A stretch of DNA of 10,001 nucleotides from a virus (lineage: Duplodnaviria; Heunggongvirae; Uroviricota; Caudoviricetes), in IMG/VR virus record IMGVR_UViG_3300029517_000070, positions 1 through 10,001 of that record. One strand, written 5' to 3'. The position numbers and the translations under genes were made by a program. Under the pieces are notes generated by a model. The model was not told the DNA's origin. It saw only the letters and a list, made by a program, of their open reading frames with translations, and ran no database searches. Shown here piece after piece: positions 9,957-10,001 of this stretch (position 1 is the stretch's first letter; each line of letters begins with the position of its first letter).

Positions 9957-10001
9957 ACACGTTTCCCCTCGTGCGTTAATTCCACTTTGCGATGGGAACG
10001 A

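Overview
The window opens with a complete tRNA-Arg(CCU) gene (argW-type, 3..77), followed by what reads as a defective, mosaic lambdoid prophage that runs off the right edge. Left to right: an IntS-like P4-family integrase; a strongly AT-rich O-antigen acyltransferase (AT3 membrane domain plus SGNH-like domain); a shared bidirectional terminator; a convergent tailspike-like gene with no P22-type head-binding N-terminus; two tiny ORFs where a large gp16-type ejection gene is expected; gp20-like, gp7-like and a probable gp14-like late gene; then a phage-434-type immunity region (cro, OR1-OR3, cI) with a translationally coupled secreted protein in the rex position; 434-type OL operators and PL; a lambda-type nutL; and an N gene cut down to its arginine-rich motif (36 codons). 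Sequence divergence at about 8030 and 9930 suggests deletion or recombination junctions. I found no CRISPR array, IS element or rRNA. All homology statements are from memory of the named phage proteins, not database searches. I do not see a clearly novel multi-gene system; the best candidates for something undescribed are the cI-coupled secreted protein and the small ORFs at the gp16 position.
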